A stretch of 47,254 nucleotides of DNA, taken from assembly GCA_000934665.2 (NCBI GenBank), contig KZ538792.1, positions 1 through 47,254 on the forward strand, read 5' to 3'. Shown in pieces: positions 34,740 through 47,254 of the stretch (positions are counted from its first letter, which is position 1; each line of letters opens with the position of its first letter). Source of the DNA: Catajapyx aquilonaris. Its lineage: Eukaryota. Both the position numbers and the translations under genes were made by a program. Under the pieces are notes generated by a model. The model was given only the letters and a program-made list of their open reading frames with translations. It was not told the DNA's origin and searched no databases.

Positions 34740-37700
34740 TCAATAGATATCTGGACATCTGCTCCAGTCTTGCTTCTCCTTGCAGGCCCAATACTGTCCC
34801 TGGTACACATGTATCACATTACCGGTGAGCAGATCCTTCTCTTTTCTGAACCATATTGGCTCATACTGAGAGTAAGGGCGACCTGGAATTAAGTGTTGTT
34901 TAGCTACTCTCCTACTCATGGTTCAAATTGCAAAATGGGATGTAGCCATTTCATGTGAATCTCACCTTCTCCAGTAGCAATCTCAGCATCAGTCTCTCGC
35001 CTTTTTCTAGTCATCCTTTGCTTATCTTCAAGCCTGAGCTTCTCAGAATTTGCCTCATCCCATCGGCCCTCTTCCATAAGGCGCTGGTCTGGACGATGCC
35101 TTGAGTCTGTGGGAGCCACACCATCTTCACGCTCATTCAGCTGGCACGCCAACAGTGTGAAGTTGTAGTACTTGTCTGAGTCAGCCCTGAAAAGATACAT
35201 TGTTACCATGAGAAATACCTTTACTTTGTGAAGTAGCAGTACTTTACGCCGAAAAACAGGTACCTTAGAAATGGTTTGTCAAGATTCCTAAGCTCTACAA
35301 TTTTACTCCCATCTCCAACCCTGAAAACATTCCCAGAATCTGACGTTACTGGACTTCTTCCAGAAGGATGTAAGATTCTACCATGGTGCCCAAATTCTTA
35401 CTGTTGCAGTCTTTCTGAGACTACAGGGTGAACCAGGAAAAGCATAAACTCACGTGGTAGGGTTCCTCTTCCACAGCAGACGGTAAGATCCAGTCTCAAG
35501 CACTGAGTTTCCCTTCTCAGCTTCCCCCGAGGTACTCAGAACTTCAGCTGCCTCCATGCTATTATCCCATGTTCCTTTGAGAACCCACTTAACATTCCCT
35601 TGCTTGTCCACCACACATCCTGTCACCTGCAAAAATGGTTACAATTAGATTATAATGTACTCTAGTAATATTTCATGTCTAGGAGTCTTAATGGTACCTT
35701 TCTCTGCACATCTCGGTTAAAGTAGCTGTAAGGGATAAATTTGAGATGGCACTGTTCCTCTGTCTGATGGTTCATGATATCCATCTCTCCACTTTGATCC
35801 ACCCACAGCTTGCCAACTATAATGTTGTGAACAGTTGTGCTCACTTTGCGCCATGTGTAGTGGTTGCCTGAAATATGGTGAAAAATTACGTATATTCAAT
35901 AATTTGGATAATGACAGTTGCACTTTAACTATTACTATCATTATCTTAAGCAGCATATTTTTATATAGCAAAACCTGTCTTTCACAGTCACACAGCAAAA
36001 ATGTTCTGTACTCAACAGATTTCAACTACATGCAATAAAAAATGCACTGAAAATTCTTCTCAGCCCCCACACAAAAATTCTGTAATGGACAAGTTTCTGC
36101 TGAACCTAGGGACTGTTAGAAACAGGTTTTACTGCATATGAAACTGGCTAATTGGTTAATGCAAAAAAAAAGCCCCCTATGAACTACAAAAACAACTGAT
36201 ATCCTGAAAATGTACTTAGGATATTTTCCTACTCATTAATTTACTTGCTGCACTTTTACAAAATTAAGGCCCTCACCAATATTAAACAAAATTACAATTT
36301 TGGTTATCAATTCTGAAGGCATTGTGGAAAGGTGCCTTTTATGTACTAAAGCCCACAAATGAAAATAAAACTACTCTTCCTCCTTATCCTTCAGTTATTA
36401 TCAACTACACTTTTACTTGCAAACACATCCATGTGATTATTATTAATTATTATTATTGCTTTTGTCCATTCATCTCACCTGACTTGTCAAATGTGAGATG
36501 CGCAATCCCAAGTGGTACGACCTGCAAATATTTGCCACGGAACTTTGAGGACATAGAGAATTCCTGCCAGCACTTCCATCCCCTCCCTTCGCAAATCTGT
36601 GCAGCTACAGGTGGGTGATGGGAGACCTGTTCTGACACAGATCTCCACCCCATGTCATCCATGCGGTCACACTCAAAGGTTTCTCCCAAGAGGGGGTTAA
36701 AGGGCTTCCCTGTGCGAACAGAAGTGGTGGCATAGGAAGAGACAGTGAATGCAGCTACATAGGCCAGCTGTTCACAGGAGTCGTCACAGCGTGCAGCATC
36801 ATCCAAGATGTCGCTGTATTCATAATCCTCTGTCAAGCGCTGAAGCATTGAAAGAGGCTCTGAAAAGTTCACCTGAAATGCAAGAGATGATGTTTCAATT
36901 CTTACAATTCATCTGCAAGCTGACCTGTGAGTAAATCTTTTGCCACATACACTGAGTCATTACAGAAAGTGCAGCTGCACTATTTATGGTTTTCAGTTAT
37001 TGACAAAACTTGAGAATGCTAATGATCAATTACTTTTTAAAGCACCTATTCTCTTACAGAACTGTAAATATGTGGCTGAATCGAAGTGTTAAGGGGTCAA
37101 ACATGGCTCGAGGTCTACTTATGATCACCTTATGTGCTTATTGTTCGTTAATCTGCCATAAATATAAGCAAATAACATAATTATGAGTGGCGCTTAGTCA
37201 AGGAAATAATACAAATCAACTGTAGGATACTAACTGGCATTGGTATCTTTGTGAGGTCCTTCCCAATGCAGTTCTTCATGATGCTCCATAGGTTAAGAGG
37301 ATAATTGGGCTTCTCTGGAACACGTAAGCGACGCTTCTTCTTCACAAGGTCCAAGGCAGAGTGGTACTCACTGGACGGCTTTGAAGTGGCCGAGTTTGCC
37401 TAAAGTATATGGAAATAAAGGTTTGAAATTTCCATCAAAACAGAAAATGGATCCTTGCAAGAACAATGTTCCTAAAACTACAGATTGTAACATCACCCTC
37501 CATGAGTATTTTGGACACTTTCCACATGTGGATATCAAAAGTTATTTTCACTTTCACTTAAATTCTGTTGTTACATCTGGTAATACACTGTACTCCCAAT
37601 TATCTGGGTGCTGATTATCCGTGCATCGCCAAAACAAAAATAAATAAATAAAAGTCCGAAAAAATGTCATTGTCTTGCAAACAAAAAAAAAACGGGGGGG

Positions 37701-40700
37701 GGGGGGGGNGCATACTTTTCCCATAATACAAACTAAACGAGTGGGATGTTTCATAATTTTGATTAAACTTAATTTAAAGCAGTGAACAGTAGTTCATTTA
37801 CAACCGCTGAACAGCTCACTTTTATGGTATCTAGGATCACTAATGGATTATCAGCGTTTTCCGATTATTTGGCAACACCCGTGCAATCATTAGCCCGGAT
37901 AATTGGACGTACAGTGTAGTTCCACCTTAATTAGGCATATATTACAGTGGTACCCATTTTATGCCACTTTAATTTAAGCGTGTTTCAAAATTACTTGAAA
38001 TTAATTTTTTATATTAGAAAATATTGAACAAATTGAAAATAATAAAACATTCAAAACACTAACGCACTGTCTCAAAGACTGTGTGTCCAAACACACAATT
38101 TTCTTGTTAATGGTGCAGTGTGGCAGGGTGTCGAGACATGTGTACTGTATTATTAGTCTGTCCTCCCCAAAATACTGTACCTGTTGTTACAATACACTAC
38201 AAGTACTGTAGTTCTTCCAAAGAGAAAGGAACTCTTAAAACTCGATAATCCTCAACCTGAAACTTCCCTATAAATGTGTGTATTTAATGTCTCACATACT
38301 CATCAGCATTAAAAACAGTAATATTAGTACTTCCCGTGGGAAATTTTTGGAAATGTTGGACCCTATCTGATTCACTTACATTATAATTTTGTCTCATTTT
38401 TTGCTTATTCACTTTATGATGCTATGTTGCTGGGACTAATTACAGACATGGAATGAGTATCCCCTGCATTCTACATTCAAGTCATGTGCGTTTTAAAATA
38501 ATAAATTAAAAAATTCCCTATGTCAAGATTCTTCTGTTTAGAACCTTCTCATTTGTAAGCAGCACATAGAACCTTGCATATTGAACTTACTCCATCGAAT
38601 ACGTGCCAGGACTGAAAGAAATGAGCACATCAACTAATTAAATATTTGCATTAAATATCAATTTCACTGCAGCCATGAGGTCTAGAACCTATTACCAGAG
38701 AAAACCATGATTAATCATGTATTATTCTTAAATGAACACCTTTTACAGGTGCTTGGGGTACACCAGGTTGGTCCCATGTTTTGATGCAGACAGTTTTCTG
38801 TCTCTCTCTCTCCTCCTCCCCCCCCCCCCNCCACCCCCCACCACTTCAAAAGTACACACACTTGATCTTCCAAGCTATGTTAGTCAATGGTTGGTTAGGC
38901 TATGTTAGGTTATGAAAATAAGTTATAATTACAGGTCAGAGAGTTACAGTCTAAATGTATATGAAAATCTACTCAAAAAATTGACAAAATATGCTCCCAA
39001 TTATTTCCTTAAAAGCGCACAAGTATGCTCTGGTTAAAACCATGGCATAATGTTAGCTGCGTATTATCAACACATATGGTGTAGTTATACATCATGAAAG
39101 GTAATTAAAAGTATGCAATGGCTTATTAAGGCCCATTTACACAAGGCTGATTCTAGCAAAACAAAAGCACAGCCATCAATCAGCACGCATTCTGGCCAAT
39201 CTCAAAGCTGATTATCAGGCTGCACTTAAGATTTGTCAGTAGCAGTCCTTTCTCATACACTAGTTTTAGTGATAGTTCGTGAGAATAATCTTCTCTATTA
39301 ATGTGCCTGTCAGCGTCAGTATATTTTTCAGCATTGAAAAAGACTGACATCAAAGATATAAATATATACACACTTACACACATAGGTAACAAGATCAACA
39401 AGTACTAGTGAAGTCCAAAAATAAACTTCACACAGTTATAATTTTGAAGCCAAAAGACCTACGTGGTAAAATAGATTATGTATTGCTAGAGGCATCCTTC
39501 CACTACGAAATGTGATCATTAGGCTTGATTGTGCAAGTTGTGCACAGACACAATAGTAGTCGGAAACCAGCAGGTTCCTGACTAGAGTAAGCCAATCCCC
39601 AGACATAATGGCAAACAGTTAATGCGTGTTGCAAATGTGGATGAAGGATGAAATATCAGCAGCTGTCCATAAAAGTACTTAAAATGTGTAGTGCCATAAT
39701 CCATAAGTGGTGATGGAGGTGTATGGTCTGGAAGTAATGTCAGAGAAAATGGTGAGAATCTCTGCTTGTCTTTCCCACTCTCAAGCCCTTAATGAAGTTT
39801 TTGGCACCATGACTGCACCGGCTGCTTAGGGATCATGAAACTACACATGATTCAGGCACATTCATAGCTTACAACCTCCTACACTTCATCTTCCAAAATA
39901 TTACTCGATCCCAAAAGTAAGTATCCTATTGTCACTTAAACTTTTGTACAGAATTTCCTACAAAATTCACCATAGCCACAAAATAACACACACCTTTAGC
40001 TACTATTGCACAAATATCAAAAATCATGCTGAACACAAGCACATTGATGAATGCATTTTTTTGAGGTTGATTTTGTAAGACAATGTTAAGAGCGAAGCTG
40101 ATTCCCTTGTTTAGTGGTCACTCCATAGACTTTCTCCTGCCAAGAATTTTTTGGAGTTGGTGAAGGAAGTTAAGATTACTTGGTGTAGGCTCTGGACCAT
40201 GGTATGAGTGCTAAAAGCTGCACCATTTGAACAGTTTAAAACTTTCATAATGCTTATGCATGAACTGCAATGTGCAGTTAAGTTTTGAGGTGTGGCATCA
40301 TTCTCCAACAGTTCAAGTGGACAGTCTGTAAACACTTTAAAAGTAGTTCACAAAATTGCCCAGGCACAGCATCAAGTGACTTTCACTCCTTTTGTCCCTG
40401 GCATAAAATTTTTGGAGGATGAAAATATAGTGTGTCATAGAATTTAAGAACTAGGCTTGGCAGCAAATGTGCTCTATATAGGCTTGCAAAACCTGGTACC
40501 ACAGTTCAAAAAAACTTCGATAGACATGGTGTTTGTGTCCTGAAATAGTAAAACGTCTGAGCTATTACATGGCTATGACGACATTTGAAAAATGCCACCT
40601 AAAACATTATGGGGAAAAGGCACTTTATACTGGAAAGCAGTCATGTGTAAAAACCTAACTATCTGACCTCTAATTATAATTTAATTGAAATGAGATAGAA

Positions 40701-43700
40701 TTCAAATGCCTGTTCTGACATTATTCTCTCAATCCCATTAGTCCTGGCGCAGATGTAAAGTGCCCTACATTGCCATCCACTTGGCTCTTTGAGGCTTCAG
40801 GTTGCTGCAGCTCATCTGATCCACAATGAATAGGATCGCGGCACTTCTTCCTTGGCCTCCTCAGTTTTTCCTATGGGCAACCACATAACCTCTTAATAAT
40901 CAATAACTCACCCAGATCATTAAATTTAAATCAATCTGTAACTGAACACAAGTTACTTTAATAAACAATGGAGTGGAAAACAGGTTTAATGATAAGAACA
41001 ATCAGACACTGTACCACACCGAAGTAGGCTGTGATGTGACAGATGAAAATATAAAAACAAGGCATCAAAAGGCAAATAGTAAAACCTAATAAACACAAGA
41101 ACTCATTTTCCAGTGGCCCCTAGAAATTGTGGCAGATTGTGGGACGATTTCGCAACATAGTTAGAGGGCACTTGTAAGCGATTAAGATGGGTCTACATGA
41201 TCTTGTATTATGCAAAATGACAAGGTTAAAATGGGTAGCAGTAGTTACTTCTTGTATTCAGAGATAAAGCAAGCCCCTGACTTGATATTTCCACTAAGAT
41301 TAGCTCTTGGTTCAAAATACATTTCTTAGATATTTATTTCGGCAATACCATTTTACCACGCAAAAAATGAGTTAAGTAAAACTCAACCTAACAAGATTAT
41401 TGCAGCGTTGTATGCCATCTTCAAAAGTTGGCAGCACATTAAATGCAGTTATGCAACAGAGCCAGGCACAGCTGCCATTAAATATACAGAGAATTCAACC
41501 CACTAGATCAGGTGCTGAACTGTAATTGCCAGATGCACACATGACTTCAGTTCAATTGCAAAACTGGGTGGTGGATTGCCAGCCTGTAAATCAGAAATAC
41601 AGGTGACACAAATTAGGGTGCATTGCCCTTGGCCACTCAAGCCTAAGTGTAACAGGACCCATGACAAATCACTCCCATACACTATTCCAATGATGAAAAT
41701 CAAAATTACCTGGTTTTGTGTAGACCTAGTTTGGCCCATAGCAAACAAAATGGAAATAGCTGCAGATGGCCTGCACCAAGTCACGCAAAGTTGTGTCACC
41801 AGGCAATGTGACAATATTGAAGGAGATTGATTACAATGCAGGGGGTGGATTCATCAAACATTTGATTCATCCACCCCCAGAATTGCACTATTATTGATCA
41901 TGAGGTGAAAATCCTACCTCAAGTCAGGGACCTTACTTTATCTCTGGATGCAGGATGTGAACTGCTCATTAAAAGTAATGTGTCCAAAACCATATCCTGC
42001 CTTAGTATTACACTATTTAAACATACAACCAGTGCTGCAATATAATTGATTTCATTCAATAGTTTTAGTGACCAACACACAACTGTGAAAATCAAGAATG
42101 TGTACCATTGATTGAAAACTTAAAATAAGAATATCATCTAATGCTTTTAGGGCCTCTCAGGTGGTGATTTTAAGCTTCAAAGAATTGCATATACTAATAT
42201 TTCAAATGCAGATTTTTGCAATACCAGAATGGATTGCCCAAACCTGAGTTTCACCTTTCATCATTACATTGTTATGAACAACTTCCAGTAAAATTGTGTA
42301 AGTTTGAGAGGTAAATCAGTTAATATATCATTTAAATAATTAATCGATAATTCTCATGTGTGTTCTGCAGCACATATAGAACAATAATTAGCAAATTATG
42401 TGAACTTCTGCTGCTGGAACAGGCCTGCAGCTAGCTCGCACTGGCAGGGGTTCAGGATGCAAGTCTTATTTTGCTACCTGCATCCATGTGTAAGTGGTTC
42501 TTTACACATCCATGAAAAATAAATTCTAAATAAATGAGACATAGGCAACATTATTTTTTAGATGAAAATAATAGCTCTCGAAGGATTTGCATCTGTAAAC
42601 AGAGGGTTCATAATAAGAATAGCTTTAGACAGCTCCAGGTGTAGCTCATGGAACCCACCATATTGCCTGATAGTACTAAATTACTCCATGCATGCATCCT
42701 TATTATATAACTCTCAATCCATAATATCCTTACAGCAGCGGCAGTGAGCAGCCCAAGAGGTCCCTTCTGCTTAGATGGAATGACTCTTGCAGTTGTCTCC
42801 ATAGCATCTTCAACTTCACTGCTCGACCCAGACACTTCCCCATGAATATCAGATGTTGGAGCTCCTCCCTCTGACACCTATTGGTCCAGGAAAAGATTTT
42901 AAAAATCCATGTGATACCCATCTAAAACTTAGCTCAACTATGAAATTCAGAATTCCTTGCTACTATCATGTAATTAAAAATACAAGTACCTCATTACAAA
43001 GAAAGTCTAACAAATTGCAACATTTGCTATCTTATCCAGATAATGGGCCTAATGCATTACACACACTTCATGGAAAAGAACACAATGCTTCATAAATAGA
43101 AAATAAAATATGAAGTTAGTGATGCAATATTCAAAATACTGGTTGCAGATTATCTCCTTTAAGGTGGAAATGAAGCTAGAGTCACTCAATAAGAATTTTA
43201 TGAAAAAAACATGTTACGCAGTTTTGTGTCCTCTTATCAATGGCGCAAAGAAAAATACACGTCACCGTGCAAATTAGCGAACTGGAGGGCTCAGAAGTTC
43301 GCGATTTAACATGGGCCCTTATGGCAGAATTTTCAATAGTCCACAAAAAAATCATAAGTAAATGAGAATTTTAAAATTAAATGTGGAATATGTCGGGAAT
43401 TATATACTGATCGCAACCGCAAAAAGAAAACCCTACCTCACCGTGCTCTTTCAATTTGTATTGCGGAAAAACGATCCGAAAATGATCCAGTGACGTCACC
43501 TTGCTCCACTCGAGTGAGGCAGTGGCAACACTGCGTTGTTTACGGTAGCGAGATACGACCGCGAAATATGAGTGCAAGTTAGTATGATGGTTTTTACAAC
43601 GGCTCACACAGGATTTTCGTTTGGCGGGGGTGTTTGTCAGACGTCAGAACCGTTATATTGGTTTATATAGTTATAATTATAATAGAATAATCGAATGATT

Positions 43701-44536
43701 CGAATCCACACGGCAATGCCGTCACATACTGCTACGCGATAATTGGCCCGGACCTTTGCTGTGTTGCCGATTCTACCTGTCACACGCGTACCAACTGAAC
43801 GTGTTCCAAATCTGACACAAATGAAGAGCTACAGGCTCCCCTTTCGGAACTAAACTTTTAAAAATGCCTCGACAAATTGGGACCTCGTACTGACGACCGA
43901 ATAAAATCGATTTCCATCAAAAATAACAAATATTAAGCACACCTCCAAATACCATGTTTAAGTTGGCAGCCGTGACAATTGCGCCTGCGCACAAAAACTT
44001 GCCGCCGGTAATGGGCCCATATTAAATCGAGTTTAAAACGCAGATTCGAATGGAATGCATAGGATTGAACAGCATTTACTGCTGCATCGGTTGCGTATGT
44101 TTCCCTGATTTTAGCCCTTCTTATTAACATTCCAATTCTAGACTCTCATTTGATTAGCAAGTCGCTTCATTTCCACCTTAAGGGCTCACACTGCATACAG
44201 TGCGGAACACAAAACGGCGATCTGACGTCATCAAGGTTTCCATGGAAATACCCTCACAGAACAATATGAGTGAACAGTAGCAACAAAAAGCAACAATATA
44301 AGAAACGATGATGTCAGTTCGCCGTTTGGTTTTCCGCACTTTAACTTATAGTGATTAGTATTTTAAATTACTAGTTATTGACAGTACTCTACAGTACATT
44401 AGACACACCTGAGACCCAGTGCTGATTCCAGAAGAGGTGCGACGATGTGTTGTAATGGGCACAGTCACAGTGAAACTCTCTGTTGTTTCCATGGCATCAA
44501 AGAACTCTGTCTCCTCATCTTCATCAGAGTGGTTCA
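34740..44536 (-). CDS. OSBP: Oxysterol-binding protein (OSBP/ORP4 type), 3' part; PH-domain exons were not found and probably lie beyond the right edge
   Basis: Exons (minus): 44536-44409 (FFAT motif EFFDAME), 42877-42734, [40870-40769 candidate cassette], 37399-37235 (LNLWSIMKNCIGKDLTKIPMP), 36872-36479 (KPFNPLLGETFE; EQVSHHPP fingerprint), 35867-35698, 35626-35454, 35186-34966 (PTDSRHRPDQR), 34882-34740 (DWSRCPDIY*). All GT-AG and phase-consistent. Confidence 0.96.
37586..37916. mobile_element. pogo/Tigger-like MITE in an OSBP intron
   Basis: TA-CACTGTACTCCCAATTATCTGGG ... CCCGGATAATTGGACGTACAGTG-TA. Same family as 19456-19780. Confidence 0.8.
43163..44177. mobile_element. Non-autonomous DNA transposon with TTAA target duplication (Kolobok-like termini)
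   Basis: TTAA|GGTGGAAATGAAGC ... GCTTCATTTCCACC|TTAA: a perfect 14-bp TIR, with TTAA at 43159-62 and 44178-81. The interior is CpG-rich with no transposase ORF. GG termini fit Kolobok better than piggyBac (CCY). Confidence 0.78.
44199..44340. mobile_element. Short inverted-repeat element
   Basis: AGTGCGGAACACAAAACGGCGATCTGACGTCATC pairs with GATGATGTCAGTTCGCCGTTTGGTTTTCCGCACT. The core resembles the arm of the 2106-2690 element. Confidence 0.65.
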
Positions 44537-45566
44537 CTGTGGTGGGGATAACACTTGTATGTCAAAACAGTCATGACAACATTCACATTGACACACATAA
44601 TTTATCACTCCACCCTCCACCCTGTCCTCCTCCCAGTAGCCTACATAAACCATGCAAACTCTTCTTGTTTTTCACCGAATTAGTCCACATCTGATAAACT
44701 CTGGACTCCAGGCTGGTGGGGGGGAAAACCAGGCCAATTTTTAATGACACAAGTGCCCCTCAACTTATTAAAAACATCAGGGCAATTAGCCTTTCCATGA
44801 CGTCAATCTAAGCATACATTACATCACACATACCCCCAGTGTCAAAAGAAATCTGCAACACCAATCTGCTCTGATATCGGGTACGTATCTGGTACCTAGT
44901 ATGCAAAATTGCAATTTCAATATGAGCTAATTATCTGCAATAAACAATAACCAACAAATCTGTCAGATTCTGTCTGTTAGCAAGTCACAACATTTTCATT
45001 TCACTAAGCCATGAACTTTCCTGTTTACAAAAGGAAGCAAAGTGTGGTGTCACATAAAATGATTTGATTATGGCAGGAAAATCCTGTAGGGGAGAGTGGG
45101 GCACAGTGGTCCTTTCTATTTTAAAGATAGAAGAAACCAGAATAACACCTTCCATCTGGTACCTCGTGAAACAAGTCACTATTGCATCCTGCCAACATGG
45201 TATCCACCTCTGAGATGCCCGCGATCCTGCAGTATCAGGGGAAAGCTATTTGTAGGGTAGTGAAATAACTTCCAACCCACAGTTTAAATACCATGCCAGG
45301 CGTAGAATGATCTGGGCATGGCCCTGACATAAAAATGTTGCTGAATCGAGTCATCCTTTGTGCATAAATGCTGGAAATTTGGGAACTGTCATTTTCAATG
45401 GAAGCTACGATTCATAACATCACGTCAGTTGCTTCCATCTGGGGCACAGTGGTCCATGGACAAATGTGCACCTCTTTGTGGATGACAGTGCTCCATTTTG
45501 CCTGTGTACAGCAATATTAATGTCATCATAGGTTTATATGCTAATGGTTTTGACAGACACTAGTAT

Positions 45567-45924
45567 TTTTATTTTATTTTATTTTATTATTTTATGTTAC
45601 CCCGTGATAAGGCTGAGCCTTTTTAGGGGGGTGGAATACCACCATTTCACTCCATTTTCTGAATTAACTTCATACACCGGTGCAGGGAATCAAGGACGTT
45701 AGGTAAGGATAGGGATTTTTGGGGAGGGAACATTGGTGCAAGTGCAATGTCGGTAAAGGGGTCATGTGCTGTTCCCCAGGAGGTTAGGTTGCCAGACACC
45801 TCCTTGGTGCAGGTCAGAGACCCTCCTGACGCAGGTGAAAGGAAAGTTCCCCAGGCGGGGATCGAACCTGGGGCCTTTCAGTCAGCAAGCCGTGACGTTA
45901 CCATCACGGCCACCACACCTCCCC
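45567..45924 (-). mobile_element. Full-length tRNA-derived SINE with a 15-bp target-site duplication
   Basis: The direct repeat GACAGACACTAGTAT lies at 45552-45566 and 45925-45939. The minus strand starts GGGGAGGTGTGGTGGCCGTGATGG (A box), contains GGTTCGATCCCC (B box) and ends in an (AAAAT)n tail. Confidence 0.92.
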
Positions 45925-47254
45925 GACAGACACTAGTATGAAATGAAGTTCATGCCCCAAAGATGTGGCAGGACAAGATCTACTTTCTGGAGAGAGACGA
46001 CGTTTCACTTGTGACCACAGGTTTCAGTAACAGAGGTCCTTCTTATTATTTCCTATTTATTTTCGAGGGGTTATAATTATGTACGATAAAAAATAAAATC
46101 TACTTCTTGTGTGAATTAGTGGTCCCAATAACTTCCTGACCACTGTGCCCCAGGCATCAGGGTAGAGTGGTCAATTTGCATAGAGCAGCCTCTAAAAAAT
46201 TTAGGGCTGCAAAATGAACGCCCGCCTGCAAGTACTTGCAGTAAACAAGTTACCTGAGTCCGGTCTCCATAGTTACGGTGCGAGCTACAAAGAACACCGT
46301 TTTCGTGCGGCTGCAAATGTTGCGGTCGCCCTGCAAGTAGGCAGGTTAGGAAATACGGAAACCGGCAGGAGGGAAGCCATATCATGACGTCATGATTGTT
46401 CTACCCATTGTTATAGTACCTAGAATAACCTGGTATGCCGATCGGGTATCCCTCCAATGGAAAAGCTCAGCTTCCCAAAAAGTTCTGACATCATGACGCA
46501 AGCGATAGCGCATATGCATCGCCCATGTGTTTACATGCCGGTGACGTGCATTGCCACGGCATGCCAACAGCATCACCACAGCATACCAACAGCATTGCCC
46601 ACGCAAAGGACGATAGGAAGGAGACAAAAGATGATCAGGTTGTTTATGGCTCGAATTTTGGAATGGCAAAGAAACTCTCGCGGTCAGTATAGATTCCTAC
46701 TCGCGAATATACTCGGCTTCTGTGCTTTTGGAGACGTCATAAGTGCCAAAGAGTGGATGAAGGGACCCTTGGGAGTGGTGGTGAGCAGGTGGATACAGGT
46801 TGTAGGTCCGTATAACATACAGCAATTCAATAATAGCCCAACAAGACAGGATCCATGTCCACCATGTTTCGCCTTGGATATGGGCCCATGTTCTATTGGT
46901 CGATATATATTGCTCACTTAAGAGCGCGCTCTAGGCTACGCTATTCATTGTTGCGGGTAGCCCCGCTTCATCTCGCTGTCACGGTCGCAAATAAGGAGGT
47001 ATCGGCATGAAACTGGAGTATATGGACGTGAAAGAGTTGCACTTTGAGATGGTGCGCTTATTTTTCTCCTGGGGCGATATTTGCGGCCGCCGTGGCCAGG
47101 TACAGTTTTTTATTTTGACCCGCAATTACTCCTTTCCATGTCGGTACCAGTGAAATTCGAGAGCGTCACGAGGTTTCTACGCCGAATTACCGTAAGTGTG
47201 TGAAAGGGCACGAGTGTGGCAGTCTTGGTTTGGCCAAACTTTGGGATCGAAAAT

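Noticed and set aside
45163..45226. Possible upstream OSBP exon (CTGCAG|...GAG|GTACCA)
   Set aside because: The only frame ending in the required phase 1 contains a stop, and there is no PH or coiled-coil similarity.
46457..46921. 154-aa + strand ORF
   Set aside because: No recognisable motif; probably repeat-derived sequence within an OSBP intron.
1..47254. CRISPR arrays, prokaryotic operons or defence systems, rRNA
   Set aside because: No regularly spaced direct repeats or rRNA-like sequence seen, and the gene structure is spliceosomal throughout.

Overview
Eukaryotic, intron-rich genomic DNA, most likely from an arthropod (inferred from the SINE and mariner types and the gene models), not a prokaryote. 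I reconstructed eight protein-coding genes by hand from splice sites and phases. In order: PHF12 (-, 5' part only, 4 exons), MTFP1/MTP18 (-, complete), an intronless MAD2L2/REV7 (+), a PLP-dependent serine dehydratase SDS/SDSL (+, 5 exons), ZNHIT2 (-, 5 exons, first intron GC-AG), a TSSK-family kinase (-, 3 exons, DFG replaced by NFG), UNC119 (-, 6 exons) and OSBP (-, 3' part only, with FFAT motif and ORD domain). Introns and spacers carry many MITEs and fold-back elements, one internally deleted mariner, a TTAA-flanked non-autonomous element and two tRNA-derived SINEs. The most unusual feature is the MAD2L2-SDS pair: a 138-nt spacer with no AATAAA/ATTAAA, and a splice acceptor 1 nt before the SDS ATG. 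This points to a shared (dicistronic, nested or chimeric) transcription unit. The next most notable features are the full-length candidate TSSK pseudokinase and candidate alternative first exons plus uORFs of UNC119. Family assignments rest on motif recognition from memory; no database search was run.
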